The position numbers and the translations under genes are program-made. A stretch of 64,000 bases of DNA, taken from Escherichia coli. GTDB lineage: Bacteria > Pseudomonadota > Gammaproteobacteria > Enterobacterales > Enterobacteriaceae. Numbering within the stretch: position 1 is the first letter of the stretch; every line of letters starts with the position of its first letter. Of the stretch, positions 8,239 through 21,789 are shown one piece after another. The stretch lies in NCBI RefSeq assembly GCF_030013595.1, contig NZ_CP122768.1; one strand, given 5' to 3'. The notes beneath the pieces were generated by a model. The model did no database searches and was not told the origin of the DNA. It was given only the letters and a program-made list of their open reading frames with translations.

Positions 8239-9522
8239 GTGAACACATTTTCAGTTTCCCGTCTGGCGCTGGCATTGGCTTTTGGCGTGACGCTGACCGC
8301 CTGTAGCTCAACACCGCCCGATCAACGTCCTTCTGATCAAACCGCGCCTGGTACCTCTTCTCGCCCGATTCTGTCGGCAAAAGAAGCGCAGAATTTCGAT
8401 GCTCAACACTATTTTGCATCCCTGACACCAGGTGCGGCAGCGTGGAATCCTTCCCCGATTACCCTGCCTGCGCAACCTGACTTTGTTGTCGGCCCGGCGG
8501 GTACTCAAGGTGTAACGCATACCACGATTCAGGCGGCGGTAGATGCGGCAATTATCAAGCGCACCAACAAGCGCCAGTATATTGCCGTGATGCCTGGTGA
8601 GTATCAGGGAACGGTGTATGTCCCTGCCGCTCCGGGTGGAATTACTCTGTACGGTACAGGTGAAAAACCGATTGATGTGAAGATTGGGCTTTCCCTTGAT
8701 GGTGGCATGAGCCCTGCCGACTGGCGTCACGACGTCAACCCGCGCGGCAAATATATGCCAGGTAAACCGGCGTGGTATATGTACGATAGCTGCCAGAGCA
8801 AACGCAGCGACAGTATCGGCGTTCTCTGCTCTGCGGTCTTCTGGTCACAAAACAATGGCCTGCAACTGCAAAACCTGACCATCGAAAACACGCTGGGCGA
8901 TAGCGTAGATGCGGGTAACCATCCGGCGGTGGCACTGCGTACTGATGGCGACAAAGTGCAGATCAATAACGTCAACATTCTCGGTCGTCAGAACACCTTC
9001 TTTGTCACCAACAGCGGTGTGCAGAACCGTCTGGAAACCAACCGTCAGCCGCGTACTCTGGTGACCAACAGTTACATTGAAGGGGATGTGGATATCGTTT
9101 CTGGTCGCGGCGCAGTGGTGTTCGATAACACCGAATTCCGCGTGGTGAACTCACGTACTCAGCAAGAAGCGTATGTGTTTGCACCGGCAACACTGTCTAA
9201 CATCTATTACGGTTTCCTCGCCGTAAACAGCCGTTTCAATGCTTCCGGTGATGGCGTGGCGCAACTGGGCCGCTCGCTGGATGTTGATGCCAATACCAAC
9301 GGTCAGGTGGTGATCCGTGATAGCGCCATCAACGAAGGTTTTAACACAGCCAAACCGTGGGCTGATGCGGTGATCTCTAATCGTCCGTTTGCGGGTAACA
9401 CCGGCAGCGTTGATGATAACGACGAAGTACAGCGTAATCTGAATGACACTAACTACAACCGCATGTGGGAATACAATAACCGCGGCGTGGGTAGCAAAGT
9501 GGTTGCAGAGGCGAAGAAGTAA
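8239..9522 (+). CDS. ybhC: YbhC, outer-membrane lipoprotein of the pectinesterase fold (acyl-CoA thioesterase)
   Basis: 427 aa, lipoprotein signal (LTACSS); GTG start; attB-flanking position. Confidence 0.9.
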   Translation: MNTFSVSRLALALAFGVTLTACSSTPPDQRPSDQTAPGTSSRPILSAKEAQNFDAQHYFASLTPGAAAWNPSPITLPAQPDFVVGPAGTQGVTHTTIQAAVDAAIIKRTNKRQYIAVMPGEYQGTVYVPAAPGGITLYGTGEKPIDVKIGLSLDGGMSPADWRHDVNPRGKYMPGKPAWYMYDSCQSKRSDSIGVLCSAVFWSQNNGLQLQNLTIENTLGDSVDAGNHPAVALRTDGDKVQINNVNILGRQNTFFVTNSGVQNRLETNRQPRTLVTNSYIEGDVDIVSGRGAVVFDNTEFRVVNSRTQQEAYVFAPATLSNIYYGFLAVNSRFNASGDGVAQLGRSLDVDANTNGQVVIRDSAINEGFNTAKPWADAVISNRPFAGNTGSVDDNDEVQRNLNDTNYNRMWEYNNRGVGSKVVAEAKK

Positions 9523-9540
9523 GAGCTATTAACTATTTGC

Positions 9541-10309
<769 letters not shown>

Positions 10310-10413
10310 ATCAGCATACTTGTCCTTAGCCTTCTGCAGTGACAGCTGGTAGTACAGCGTGCTTCTGGCCAGCCCTGCAGCCTTTAACAGGTCAGACTGG
10401 CAGTGTCCGCACC

Positions 10414-10944
10414 TCAGGCTCCGGATGACTTTCGTTTTTTCTCCAGCTCCTGGCGCTTTTTTTCCAGGAGATGCTCCTGCATGGCTTTCAGATATGCATT
10501 TTCTGCGCGAAGATAACGCAGCTCATTCTTCATCTCTTCCGGCGTCATGTTTGCCTCGTTTTCATGGGTATCATCAGAACGGGTCATGCTTTTCTCCTTC
10601 CTGCGCCTGATAAAGGCCTCATTACCAGATTTGCGGTAGCCTTTTATCCAGTTTTTAACCGTGTTGTGGCTGGGAATGTTAAACCGGGCAGCTACCCGGG
10701 GTAGAGACTCAGAATGCCCGAGAGCATAAAGAACCACGCAAAGTTTATCTTCAGGAGAATAGCTACGCTTGTGTCTGCAATCCAGTGCACGAGGACCGTG
10801 AAGAAGAAAAAGATTAATCCAGTGTGAGAGGCTGGTGTGAGAAAGTTGAAAGAGTTTTGCCGTAGAAATGATGCCTGCATGACCAGCCAGGTAATGATTT
10901 ACAGCGGCAAGTTTTACTTCAAATGAATGTTTCATAAACTGCAC
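10414..10944 (-). CDS. IS transposase OrfA (HTH plus leucine zipper)
   Basis: 176 aa; ends just after slippery heptamer A AAA AAG (+ strand T-run 10457-10463). Confidence 0.8.
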   Translation of the reverse strand: MQFMKHSFEVKLAAVNHYLAGHAGIISTAKLFQLSHTSLSHWINLFLLHGPRALDCRHKRSYSPEDKLCVVLYALGHSESLPRVAARFNIPSHNTVKNWIKGYRKSGNEAFIRRRKEKSMTRSDDTHENEANMTPEEMKNELRYLRAENAYLKAMQEHLLEKKRQELEKKRKSSGA

Positions 10945-10986
10945 CTTCAGATGTCAGATTATGTCCAACATTTGGGGTGCAGTTCA

Positions 10987-11090
10987 GTAAACGCCTTATC
11001 CGGCCTACGGTTCGATGCGATTTGTAGGTCGGATAAGATGCGCCAGCATCGCATCCGACAATAAGTGCCGAATGCGACCTACATTCACAT
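10987..11090. repeat. BIME: REP right half plus additional REP copies
   Basis: ACGCCTTATCCGGCCTAC..., GTAGGTCGGATAAGATGCGCCAGCATCGCATCCGAC palindromic units. Confidence 0.6.
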
Positions 11091-11098
11091 GGCGCTTT

Positions 11099-13360
11099 TT
11101 ACATCTGACGGTTTTTATTGAAGTTAATCAAACTACCCGCCTTGATAATCTCGCGCTCTTCGGCCGTCAGGCTTTCCATGTAAAGCGTAATTTCCGTTAC
11201 CGGCGCATCTTCATGGATCACATAACCTTTAAACGTCGTACCCGGATTATCCAGCGCTGCTTTAATGCCAGGGATGTAAATGTAATCCCCCACTTCAAAC
11301 GTTGGTGCTTCCGCCATCTGCAGCGGTAACATCCCCCAGTTGATGACGTTAGAACGGTAGCGTTTAGTCGCGTACTCCTCGGCAATATTCGCCAGACCGC
11401 CAATCACACGCTGGCAGCTCGCCGCCTGCTCACGCGCAGAACCATCGCCTGGTTTCACCGCATAGACCATGCTGCCAATTTCAGTTTGCAGCGGATCAAT
11501 ATGCTCCTGACCAGCAATCTGCTTAATGCGCGCAAACACCTCTGTCAGCTCGCTGACATTCCCCGCCAGACGCTGATTTTCCAGCTCAGCAGTCGCTTTA
11601 CTTCTGCCAACATAACCTGGATCGCGGCGTGACAGGGTAAACTCCGCCAGACCAATCGGATTTGAACGATAAGAAGAGGTTTCACCGGAAGGGATCAGTT
11701 CGTCGGTGGTGGTCACTTCGTCGAGGATCTTCGAGCACACTTTGAGGACGATATTGTCAGTTAGCGCCCCCAATTCTGGCCAGTCTTTTATGTTCGGTCC
11801 GTAAATCAATGGTTGCTGGGTCGCCCCTTTCACAAAGCCCTGATAAACACGGTTTTTATACGGAGTTACATCGAAGGCGTACTCCGGTACGTTGTCCCAG
11901 CAATCAAGTTCGCTGGCAGAGGTTAAATAGCCACCGTTTGCCGCAGTCGCAGCGATAGAACGAGCGTCCATCAACGCCACCGCTGACATCTGCCCATTGG
12001 CTGGCTTAGAGCCTTCGCGGTTCGGGAAGTTACGCGTGGTGTGGCGAATACTCAAACCGTTGTTGATTGGCGTATCGCCCGCGCCAAAGCATGGGCCGCA
12101 GAACGCGGTTCTGATGATTGCGCCTGCGCCAATCAAATCTGCTACCACGCCTTTTTTGGCTAAATCCATAAACACCGGCTGTGATGACGGGTAAACCGCT
12201 AACGAGAAGGTGTCATTGCCACAGGATTGACCGCGCAGCGCATTCGCCGCCGCGATGACGTTTTCATAGTTACCGCCAGAACAGCCCGCGATAATCCCCT
12301 GCTGCACTTTCAGGCGACCATTTTCCACTTTATCCAGCAGCGAGAGTTTGGCTTTACCGTGCGCCACGCGTTCGGACTCAATTTCAATCTCACGCAGAAT
12401 ATCGGTCAGGTTCTGGTTCAGCGTGTCGATTTCATATACGTTGCTCGGGTGGAACGGCAGCGCAATCATTGGTTTGATGGCGCTTAAATCAACGCTGATG
12501 CAGCCATCGTAGTATGCCATCGGTTGAGGGTTAAGCTGGCAGTAATCCTGGCCGCGTCCGTGCAGCGCCAGCCAGTTATGGACTTCTTCATCGGTTTGCC
12601 AGACAGAACTTAAACAGGTCGTTTCAGTGGTCATAACGTCAACGCTGTTACGGAAATCGGTAGAGAGCGCAGCAACACCGGGACCTACGAATTCCATCAC
12701 TTTGTTTTTGACGTAGCCGTTTTTGAACACGGCACCGATGATAGCCAGCGCCACATCCTGTGGCCCCACATACGGCGCAGGCTTTCCGGTCAAATGCACC
12801 GCAACAACTCCCGGATAGTCGATATCCCATGTGTCATTAAGCAGCTGTTTTACCAACTCACCGCCACCCTCACCGACTGCCATTGTCCCTAATGCACCGT
12901 AACGGGTGTGGCTGTCTGACCCGAGGATCATTTTGCCGCCGCCTGCCATCATCTCACGCATATATTGATGGATGACCGCAATATGCGGAGGCACAAAAAT
13001 ACCGCCATAACGCTGAGCCGCCGATAAACCAAAAACATGGTCATCACCGTTAATGGTGCCGCCGACGGCGCAAAGTGAGTTATGGCAGTTGGTCAGCACA
13101 TACGGCAGCGGGAAACGTTCCATACCGGACGCTTTAGCGGTCTGTACAATACCAACAAAGGTAATATCGTGAGAGGCTAATGAATCAAACTTAATTTTAA
13201 GTTTATCCATATTTCCGGACGTATTATGAGAAGAGAGAATAGACCAGGCAATAGTGCCTTTTTTTGCTTCTTCTTTTTTAATTTCGCCGGTGAAATGTTC
13301 TTCGGCAATTATTTCGTTATTACTGGCGAGAAACACGCCTTTTTCAGATAACTTGATCAT
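11099..13360 (-). CDS. ybhJ: YbhJ, aconitase-family hydratase
   Basis: 753 aa from second Met (MIKLSEKG); aconitase family Fe-S hydratase fold. Confidence 0.85.
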   Translation of the reverse strand: MIKLSEKGVFLASNNEIIAEEHFTGEIKKEEAKKGTIAWSILSSHNTSGNMDKLKIKFDSLASHDITFVGIVQTAKASGMERFPLPYVLTNCHNSLCAVGGTINGDDHVFGLSAAQRYGGIFVPPHIAVIHQYMREMMAGGGKMILGSDSHTRYGALGTMAVGEGGGELVKQLLNDTWDIDYPGVVAVHLTGKPAPYVGPQDVALAIIGAVFKNGYVKNKVMEFVGPGVAALSTDFRNSVDVMTTETTCLSSVWQTDEEVHNWLALHGRGQDYCQLNPQPMAYYDGCISVDLSAIKPMIALPFHPSNVYEIDTLNQNLTDILREIEIESERVAHGKAKLSLLDKVENGRLKVQQGIIAGCSGGNYENVIAAANALRGQSCGNDTFSLAVYPSSQPVFMDLAKKGVVADLIGAGAIIRTAFCGPCFGAGDTPINNGLSIRHTTRNFPNREGSKPANGQMSAVALMDARSIAATAANGGYLTSASELDCWDNVPEYAFDVTPYKNRVYQGFVKGATQQPLIYGPNIKDWPELGALTDNIVLKVCSKILDEVTTTDELIPSGETSSYRSNPIGLAEFTLSRRDPGYVGRSKATAELENQRLAGNVSELTEVFARIKQIAGQEHIDPLQTEIGSMVYAVKPGDGSAREQAASCQRVIGGLANIAEEYATKRYRSNVINWGMLPLQMAEAPTFEVGDYIYIPGIKAALDNPGTTFKGYVIHEDAPVTEITLYMESLTAEEREIIKAGSLINFNKNRQM

Positions 13361-13413
13361 CAAATGCTCCAGATATCTGCGCACCGTGAAGTGCGCAGAA
13401 AGATAATAAATGG

Positions 13414-13542
13414 ATATACTCTAAATAATTCGAGTTGCAGGAAGGCGACAAGCGAGTGAATCCCCAGGAGCTTACATAAGTAAGTGACTGGGGTGAGCGA
13501 ACGCAGACGCAGCACATGCAACTTGAAGTATGACGAGTATAT
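13414..13542. repeat. ERIC (IRU) element
   Basis: Contains GTGAATCCCCAGGAGCTTACATAAGTAAGTGACTGGGGTGAGCG; terminal ATATACTC / GAGTATAT. Confidence 0.8.
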
Positions 13543-14976
13543 TTACAGCATGTTCCAGCCGATCAGCATATTCCACCACCACACGCCGAGGGTGATATGC
13601 ACCAGGAAGGTTAATATCGTCAGTACCGCACCGACCAACCACCAGGATTTAATATCGTTGTAACCCACGCCAAAGATGACCGGACCTGCCGCGCCGCCAT
13701 AGTGAGTAACCATGCCGCCATAGGAGTTAGAGAACAACAGTGCCAGCGCGGTTAACATTAACGGTGCGCCGGAGACGTTCGCCAGCATGGCAAATACCGG
13801 TAACATAGCAACGATATAGGCACTACCGGAAGCGAAGAAATAACGAACGATGATGCTGAGGAAAATAATAACGAAGAAAGCAACGTTACCGTGACCATCA
13901 AATGCCAGGTTATTTTTAAAGACTTCAGCTAACCATTCGAAAAATTTAACTTTCGATAATAAGGAGCTTAAGCCGATAATACCGCCGTACCAGATTAAGG
14001 TATTCCATCCGCCTTTATTTTTAACCACGTCTTCCCAGGTAACGATACCCAGCAGCAGCATGGTCGCCATAACAACGATTGCCACGGTGGATTCATCAAC
14101 CCCCAGAGACTTACTGAAAATCCAGCCCAGTAGCGCCAGCACAAAGACACCGAGCAGCATTTTTTCGCGGATTTTCATCGGTCCCAGTTCGGCAAGGCCC
14201 GCTTTGGCGATGGTTTTGTTATCCACCTTCTTAATTTCTGGCGGATACATGGTGTAAATCACCAGCGGGGTGACCAGCAGCATAATGATGCCCGGCAATC
14301 CGGCTGCCAGCGCCCATCCACCCCAGCTAATTTGCAGGTGCAGAATGTCGTTGATCATTTTCAGCGCCAGAATGTTCCCCGCCATTGCGGTAAAGAACAT
14401 ATAGCTGGTGGTTTTGGTGACCATGTAAATGGACATCATCAGGTAATGTCCGACACGACGCGGACTTTTTTCCGGTTCGGACCCCAAAGCCACCGCCACG
14501 CTGTTGATGATCGGTAACACAATGCCGCCCGCACGCGCGGTGTTAGACGGTGTTGCCGGAGCCAGTACCAGATCGAGGAATACCGTAACGTAACCCAGAC
14601 CCAGCGTGGTGTTACCGATTTTACCAATCAGCAGATAGGCTATACGTTTACCTAAGCCGGTGGTCACAAATGCGGCGCTTAAGGTAAACGCCGAGAACAC
14701 CAGCCAGGTGGTACCTGAAGAGTAACCGCTTAATACGGCGGTGGTCTTAAACGCACCGTCGGATAAGTTACCGACCACCACCATTGAGGCAGCAACGGCA
14801 ATTAACAGTACGACAGGTTCCGGGAAAGGCTTGATAACCAGCCCCACAATGGCCGCCAGGTAAATACCAAAAAGCACCCACGCCAGTTCGCTTAATCCTG
14901 CCGGAGCTGGCATAAAGCCAATAATACATGGGATCGCTAATATCAGAATTAGCTTCCATAACGATTTTTTATTCAT
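13543..14976 (-). CDS. ybhI: YbhI, DASS-family anion:sodium symporter
   Basis: 477 aa polytopic membrane protein. Confidence 0.85.
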   Translation of the reverse strand: MNKKSLWKLILILAIPCIIGFMPAPAGLSELAWVLFGIYLAAIVGLVIKPFPEPVVLLIAVAASMVVVGNLSDGAFKTTAVLSGYSSGTTWLVFSAFTLSAAFVTTGLGKRIAYLLIGKIGNTTLGLGYVTVFLDLVLAPATPSNTARAGGIVLPIINSVAVALGSEPEKSPRRVGHYLMMSIYMVTKTTSYMFFTAMAGNILALKMINDILHLQISWGGWALAAGLPGIIMLLVTPLVIYTMYPPEIKKVDNKTIAKAGLAELGPMKIREKMLLGVFVLALLGWIFSKSLGVDESTVAIVVMATMLLLGIVTWEDVVKNKGGWNTLIWYGGIIGLSSLLSKVKFFEWLAEVFKNNLAFDGHGNVAFFVIIFLSIIVRYFFASGSAYIVAMLPVFAMLANVSGAPLMLTALALLFSNSYGGMVTHYGGAAGPVIFGVGYNDIKSWWLVGAVLTILTFLVHITLGVWWWNMLIGWNML

Positions 14977-15051
14977 TTAAAATCCTGTTCTTTCTGTATG
15001 ACTCATACAGAAGTCCTTTATTGATTGTCCTTATCCTGACAACGAATTTTT

Positions 15052-16104
15052 TCAGGGAAGAAAAACTTCACCGGAAAATATTTTTCTGGTTGTCCGAATA
15101 ACAGATGCGCGTAACGTCGTGGCATCCTGACCTTCATTACTTAAATGAACGTCGAGCGCACCACTGGGGTGTTCAATATTGATATTGCCGTATCCTACAG
15201 AAGGGACGATTTGTCGGGTGACGGTGCCTTCCAATGCACAACTACTGGAAATGGCAATAGCACCGGTTATCGCCAGCGCGCGATGGCAAGAATGCGGCAT
15301 AAAATAACGCACATTAATTGCTCCGCCTTTCTGCGCTGGAGAAATAAGCACAGGTTTAGGGATAACCATATTACTGACATCGCCTAAGCCCATTGCTTTA
15401 CCCGCTTGTAGACGGATAGATTCAATGCGGGCTAATAATGCTTTGTCGGCATCCAGCTCCGCCGGTAATTCATAGCCTGTTTTTCCCAGATATTCAGCAG
15501 GAATAATGACAACTGGCATCGCCATATCGATACAGGTCACCGGGACATCGTCAAAATAATCAATCTGATTATCCGTCGGGAAGACTTTTCCGGTTTTGGT
15601 TCCGGCGGCATTCAGGAAAGTGAGCGCAACCGGTGCGGCAGTACCCGGTACGCCGTCAATTCTGGCGCAACCCTCGTACTCGACAACACCATTTGGCGTT
15701 TGCACATCAGCTTCGATGAACGTACCCGTATTGACGTTGCGGATACGTACGCGGGTAACTGGCGAAGTCGCTGCAATCAAACCATTTTCAATGGCGAATG
15801 CCCCAACGCCAGACAGCATATTGCCGCAGTTAGGCGTGGTATCGACACGTTGCTCATGGACGATAACTTGAGCAAACAGATAATCGACATCTGCACGCGG
15901 ATCGCTGGAGCGGCTAATAATGGCGACTTTACTGGTCAGCGGATTACCGCCGCCAATACCGTCAATTTCCAGATCGTTACCGGAACCCATAATTGCCATC
16001 AATATTTTATCGCGCTGCGTTTGATCTTCGGGTAGATGTTCCGCTAACAGGAACGCGCCCCTCGAGGTTCCACCTCGCATCATCACGCAGGGTATTTTTT
16101 TCAT
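15052..16104 (-). CDS. ybhH: YbhH, PrpF/AcnD-accessory family isomerase
   Basis: 350 aa. Confidence 0.85.
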   Translation of the reverse strand: MKKIPCVMMRGGTSRGAFLLAEHLPEDQTQRDKILMAIMGSGNDLEIDGIGGGNPLTSKVAIISRSSDPRADVDYLFAQVIVHEQRVDTTPNCGNMLSGVGAFAIENGLIAATSPVTRVRIRNVNTGTFIEADVQTPNGVVEYEGCARIDGVPGTAAPVALTFLNAAGTKTGKVFPTDNQIDYFDDVPVTCIDMAMPVVIIPAEYLGKTGYELPAELDADKALLARIESIRLQAGKAMGLGDVSNMVIPKPVLISPAQKGGAINVRYFMPHSCHRALAITGAIAISSSCALEGTVTRQIVPSVGYGNINIEHPSGALDVHLSNEGQDATTLRASVIRTTRKIFSGEVFLP

Positions 16105-16287
16105 AATAATGCCCTCAATTTAAAAACATAACTTATTGCGATATGGTTACATTAAGGGCAAAGCATCTCTAATGACTTTAGCTCAACGATTAATAACATT
16201 TTTTCATTAATTTAAGTTGGCTAAATGCAGTTAAAATTTTTAACGGCCAGCTACCCAAAATCGACGCTTCCATTTTCCGGAGTAATA

Positions 16288-17241
16288 ATGAAGCATGAAT
16301 TATCAAGTATGAAGGCATTTGTCATACTGGCAGAGTCCAGTTCATTTAACAATGCCGCTAAATTACTCAATATTACGCAACCTGCATTAACGCGAAGAAT
16401 AAAAAAGATGGAGGAAGATTTACATATCCAACTATTTGAGCGTACAACTCGCAAGGTTACGTTAACAAAAGCAGGAAAAAGATTGCTCCCGGAGGCGCGG
16501 GAATTAATAAAGAAACTCGATGAAACGCTTTTTAATATTCGTGATATGAATGCTTATCATCGTGGTATGGTGACGTTAGCGTGTATTCCGACTGCAGTAT
16601 TTTATTTTTTACCGCTGGCAATCGGTAAATTTAATGAGCTGTATCCCAATATTAAAGTGCGAATTCTGGAACAAGGCACGAATAATTGCATGGAATCGGT
16701 GCTGTGTAACGAATCAGACTTTGGCATAAACATGAACAACGTCACAAATTCATCCATTGATTTTACCCCACTGGTCAACGAGCCGTTCGTGCTGGCCTGT
16801 CGGCGTGACCATCCATTGGCCAAAAAGCAGCTTGTTGAATGGCAGGAGTTAGTGGGTTACAAAATGATTGGCGTACGTTCCTCCAGCGGCAACCGATTGT
16901 TGATAGAACAACAGCTAGCCGACAAGCCCTGGAAGCTGGACTGGTTTTACGAAGTGCGTCATCTTTCGACGTCATTAGGACTGGTGGAGGCAGGACTGGG
17001 GATTTCGGCGCTTCCTGGTCTGGCAATGCCCCATGCGCCCTATTCTTCGATTATTGGTATCCCACTGGTGGAACCCGTTATACGTCGGACATTGGGGATT
17101 ATTCGCCGCAAAGATGCCGTGCTTTCTCCGGCAGCTGAACGCTTTTTTGCCTTGCTGATTAATTTGTGGACTGACGATAAAGACAATTTGTGGACCAATA
17201 TCGTCGAACGCCAGAGACATGCGTTACAGGAGATAGGTTAA
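16288..17241 (+). CDS. ybhD: YbhD, LysR-family transcriptional regulator
   Basis: 317 aa from MKHELSS; N-terminal HTH; divergent from ybhH. Confidence 0.8.
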   Translation: MKHELSSMKAFVILAESSSFNNAAKLLNITQPALTRRIKKMEEDLHIQLFERTTRKVTLTKAGKRLLPEARELIKKLDETLFNIRDMNAYHRGMVTLACIPTAVFYFLPLAIGKFNELYPNIKVRILEQGTNNCMESVLCNESDFGINMNNVTNSSIDFTPLVNEPFVLACRRDHPLAKKQLVEWQELVGYKMIGVRSSSGNRLLIEQQLADKPWKLDWFYEVRHLSTSLGLVEAGLGISALPGLAMPHAPYSSIIGIPLVEPVIRRTLGIIRRKDAVLSPAAERFFALLINLWTDDKDNLWTNIVERQRHALQEIG

Positions 17242-17281
17242 TACACCGGCGCAGGAGAGACTGCGCCGGGTAAATCAGCGG

Positions 17282-18313
<1,032 letters not shown>

Positions 18314-18431
18314 CTAAAATTAGTCGCTTTTGGCGGTGAATGCTGAATTAAAACGCAGAATTTTGTCCGATAGTGGTATCGGTGTACCATTCGCGCAGAC
18401 GAAAATTCTTAACCTTAATCTGGAATACGCC

Positions 18432-19250
18432 ATGACCACACGCGTGATTGCTCTCGACTTAGACGGCACCTTATTGACCCCGAAAAAGACCCTGCTTCCT
18501 TCATCGATAGAAGCTCTGGCCCGTGCTCGCGAAGCAGGCTATCAATTAATCATCGTCACAGGTCGCCATCACGTCGCTATTCATCCTTTTTATCAGGCGC
18601 TGGCGCTGGATACACCTGCTATTTGCTGTAATGGCACCTATTTGTATGATTATCATGCAAAAACAGTGCTGGAAGCGGACCCAATGCCCGTTAATAAAGC
18701 CCTGCAACTCATTGAGATGCTGAATGAACACCACATTCACGGTCTGATGTATGTGGATGATGCGATGGTCTATGAGCACCCGACCGGGCATGTCATTCGC
18801 ACGTCTAACTGGGCGCAAACCCTGCCGCCGGAACAGCGTCCGACTTTCACACAAGTCGCTTCTCTGGCTGAAACGGCGCAACAAGTTAACGCCGTATGGA
18901 AGTTCGCCCTGACGCACGACGACCTGCCGCAATTGCAGCATTTTGGTAAGCATGTCGAACATGAACTGGGACTGGAGTGTGAATGGTCCTGGCACGATCA
19001 GGTTGATATTGCACGCGGCGGCAACAGCAAAGGTAAACGTTTGACGAAATGGGTTGAGGCACAAGGTTGGTCGATGGAAAACGTCGTGGCATTCGGCGAT
19101 AACTTTAATGATATCAGTATGCTGGAAGCCGCTGGTACAGGCGTGGCGATGGGCAACGCCGATGACGCGGTAAAAGCGCGCGCCAACATTGTGATTGGTG
19201 ATAACACCACCGACAGCATTGCCCGGTTCATTTATAGCCACCTGATTTAA
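18432..19250 (+). CDS. ybhA: YbhA, HAD-family pyridoxal phosphate phosphatase
   Basis: 272 aa from MTTRVIALDLDGTLL (HAD motif I). Confidence 0.85.
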   Translation: MTTRVIALDLDGTLLTPKKTLLPSSIEALARAREAGYQLIIVTGRHHVAIHPFYQALALDTPAICCNGTYLYDYHAKTVLEADPMPVNKALQLIEMLNEHHIHGLMYVDDAMVYEHPTGHVIRTSNWAQTLPPEQRPTFTQVASLAETAQQVNAVWKFALTHDDLPQLQHFGKHVEHELGLECEWSWHDQVDIARGGNSKGKRLTKWVEAQGWSMENVVAFGDNFNDISMLEAAGTGVAMGNADDAVKARANIVIGDNTTDSIARFIYSHLI

Positions 19251-20309
19251 TCAGGCAGTTATCGACACACTTTTAATTTGCGCGTACAGCCACAGGCCAG
19301 GTTTGATCGCCAGTTCATCCCTGGCCCACGGGCTGATACGCGCCCACAGCGTTTTACCGCCGACTTCCAGCTCCACTTCCACCTGGCCGTTGTCGTCATA
19401 ACTATTAACAACTTTTGCCCGCAATACGTTACGAATGCTGGTTTGCTGCGGCGGTTGTAAAACCAGCGAGACATCGGAAGCCTGAATGCGGATGCGTAGC
19501 GCAGCTTGCAGCGGTTCGTCCAGCTTATTGACCCACAAATGCTGATCGCCCAGCGCCAGCGCGGTCATCGCGTAATGCGGATGATGCTCAAGCACCGTCA
19601 CTTTCAGAATGCTACTTTGTTGCTCTTTCGGCAGCCACGGATTCATCACGCTACTGCCCCACACTTCCTCCAGCGCGCCAAAGGCTTTCACCTGACCGTT
19701 TTCCAGTACCATCACTCTGTCTGCCAGATGGAGGATCTCATCCAGCGAATGGCTGACATACAACATCGGAATGTTGATTTCCCGTGTCAGCCGTTGCAGA
19801 TAAGGCAACAGTTCGCGTTTACGCGGAATATCCAGTGACGCCAGCGGTTCATCCAGCAACAGCAATTCCGGTGCTGTCAGCAAAGCCCGACCAATCGCCA
19901 CGCGCTGTTTTTCGCCTCCGGACAGGCTGCCTGGTAAACGGTCAAGCAACGGTTCAATGCCTAAAAGCGCCACCAGCTTATCGAACTGAACGACCATACT
20001 TTTCGACATGCCGTAGCGCAGATTGCCACGCACTTTGTAATGCGGGAACAGCCGCGCATCCTGAAAAACATAGCCAACGCGACGCTTTTCCGGCGTCAGG
20101 CAGATACCTTTTTCGGCATCATTTAGTACCCGCCCATTGAGGACAATCCGCCCTTTTTGCGGGCGCGTCAGTCCACTGATGGCGTTAATCAGCGAAGTTT
20201 TTCCGGCACCGGAGACGCCAAAGATAGCAGTGATGCCATTGGCGGGCAGCGTTTCATTAATGATCAGGCAATGGTTGCCCAACGTCTGGGAAAAATTCAG
20301 TTCCAGCAT
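19251..20309 (-). CDS. modC: Molybdate ABC transporter ATPase
   Basis: 352 aa; Walker [10 protein letters not shown]. Confidence 0.92.
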   Translation of the reverse strand: MLELNFSQTLGNHCLIINETLPANGITAIFGVSGAGKTSLINAISGLTRPQKGRIVLNGRVLNDAEKGICLTPEKRRVGYVFQDARLFPHYKVRGNLRYGMSKSMVVQFDKLVALLGIEPLLDRLPGSLSGGEKQRVAIGRALLTAPELLLLDEPLASLDIPRKRELLPYLQRLTREINIPMLYVSHSLDEILHLADRVMVLENGQVKAFGALEEVWGSSVMNPWLPKEQQSSILKVTVLEHHPHYAMTALALGDQHLWVNKLDEPLQAALRIRIQASDVSLVLQPPQQTSIRNVLRAKVVNSYDDNGQVEVELEVGGKTLWARISPWARDELAIKPGLWLYAQIKSVSITA

Positions 20310-20311
20310 GA

Positions 20312-21001
20312 TTAGCGCCCCGCCCGTTCACGGCTGATTCTGGCCAGCCATTCTGAAATCAACAGGGAGATCATCGCCAGCGCAATAGAAATAATGCACA
20401 GTCTCGCCGCGCCACTTTCCCCGCCGGGGGTCTGGATCAGGGTATACATGGCAGAAGGAATGGTTCGCGTTTCACCAGGAATGTTCGACACAAAGGTGAT
20501 GGTTGCACCAAACTCACCGAGAGAACGAGCAAAAGCCAGTACCGTACCAACAATAATGCCCGGTAAGGTCAGCGGTAACGTGATAGTAAAGAAAACGCGC
20601 CAGCGCCCGGCACCCAGTGTTCTTGCGGCCTGTTCCAGTTTGACATCAACCCCTTCCAGCGCCAGACGAATTGCCCGCACCATCAGCGGAAACGACATGA
20701 CGGCGGCAGCGAGAACCGCGCCGCGCCAGCTAAAGGCGAAGGTAATGCCAAACCAGTCATACAGACGTTCACCGATAAATCCGCGCCGTCCCATCGAAAC
20801 TAATAATAAGTAACCGACGACCACGGGCGGTAACACCAGCGGTAGATGCAGTACGCTATCGAGCAGAGCTTTGCCCGGAAACGTGCAACGCACCAGTAAC
20901 CAGGCAAAAAAGATCCCAAACGGCAGGCTAAACAGCACAGCCAGGGAAGAAACTTTCAGGCTTAGTAAAACCGCCTGCCATTCTGGATCGGTCAGTATCA
21001 T
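20312..21001 (-). CDS. modB: Molybdate ABC transporter permease
   Basis: 229 aa. Confidence 0.92.
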   Translation of the reverse strand: MILTDPEWQAVLLSLKVSSLAVLFSLPFGIFFAWLLVRCTFPGKALLDSVLHLPLVLPPVVVGYLLLVSMGRRGFIGERLYDWFGITFAFSWRGAVLAAAVMSFPLMVRAIRLALEGVDVKLEQAARTLGAGRWRVFFTITLPLTLPGIIVGTVLAFARSLGEFGATITFVSNIPGETRTIPSAMYTLIQTPGGESGAARLCIISIALAMISLLISEWLARISRERAGR

Positions 21002-21774
21002 TACTTGGTTGTAAATCCGTAACGTTTAAAGATTTCCGCAGCCTGCGGCCCCTTCAGATAATCATAAAATGCTTTCACTGTCGCATTGTTATGCCCTTCC
21101 ACAACTGCAACCGGATATTCCACTTTTTTATGTGAATCTTCCGGGAAGGTGGCAACCACTTTTACCCCTTTGCTGGCAACTGCGTCAGAACCGTAAACAA
21201 TACCCAGCGGCGCTTCATTGCGTTCGACCAACGCCAGCGCGCCACGAACATCTTCCGCCGGAGCCAGTTTCGGGGAGAGCGTATCCCATGCGCCCAGTTT
21301 TTGCAGTGCTTCTTTTGCATAAATGCCAGCGGGAACATGTTCCGGATCGCCAACCGCCAGGCGACCGCCATTCAGCAGTGAAGTCCAGTTGGTTTTGCTG
21401 TCGATGGTGAAATCTTTCTGCTCGCTGGCTTTCGGTGCTACAACGACCAGGCTATTGCCGAGCAGTGTCTGACGCGTAGCTGTATCGATCGCTTTTTTAT
21501 CAACCGCATAATCCATCCATTTCTGATCGGCAGAAATAAACAGATCCGCAGGGGCACCCGCTTCAATCTGACGGGCGAGAGTAGATGACGAAGCGAAAGA
21601 AGAAACCACATCCACGCCTTTCTCTTTTTTATACTGCGTAGCAATGTCCTGCATTGCGTTAGTCAGTGATGCGGCGGCGAACACCGTGATTTTCCCTTCA
21701 TCTGCCACTGCATTGCCAGCAACAGCGAAAGAGAGTGCCGCCCCGGCAAACAAGTTCAACCATTTACGAGCCAT
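21001..21774 (-). CDS. modA: Molybdate-binding periplasmic protein
   Basis: 257 aa with signal peptide. Confidence 0.92.
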   Translation of the reverse strand: MARKWLNLFAGAALSFAVAGNAVADEGKITVFAAASLTNAMQDIATQYKKEKGVDVVSSFASSSTLARQIEAGAPADLFISADQKWMDYAVDKKAIDTATRQTLLGNSLVVVAPKASEQKDFTIDSKTNWTSLLNGGRLAVGDPEHVPAGIYAKEALQKLGAWDTLSPKLAPAEDVRGALALVERNEAPLGIVYGSDAVASKGVKVVATFPEDSHKKVEYPVAVVEGHNNATVKAFYDYLKGPQAAEIFKRYGFTTK

Positions 21775-21789
21775 TGGTAACCCCTTAAT

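Noticed and set aside
8207-8428. 73-aa minus-strand ORF across attL and the ybhC start
   Set aside because: Overlaps the att core and ybhC signal peptide; no support.
11015-11329. 104-aa + strand ORF spanning the BIME and ybhJ 3' end
   Set aside because: Runs through REP palindromes and is antisense to ybhJ; an artefact.
18546-19241. 231-aa minus-strand ORF inside ybhA; similar large antisense ORFs inside galE (25268-25789), aroG (30329-31057) and the island genes (50728-51297, 51930-52565, 53298-53954)
   Set aside because: Each is fully contained in, and antisense to, a gene with clear family identity.
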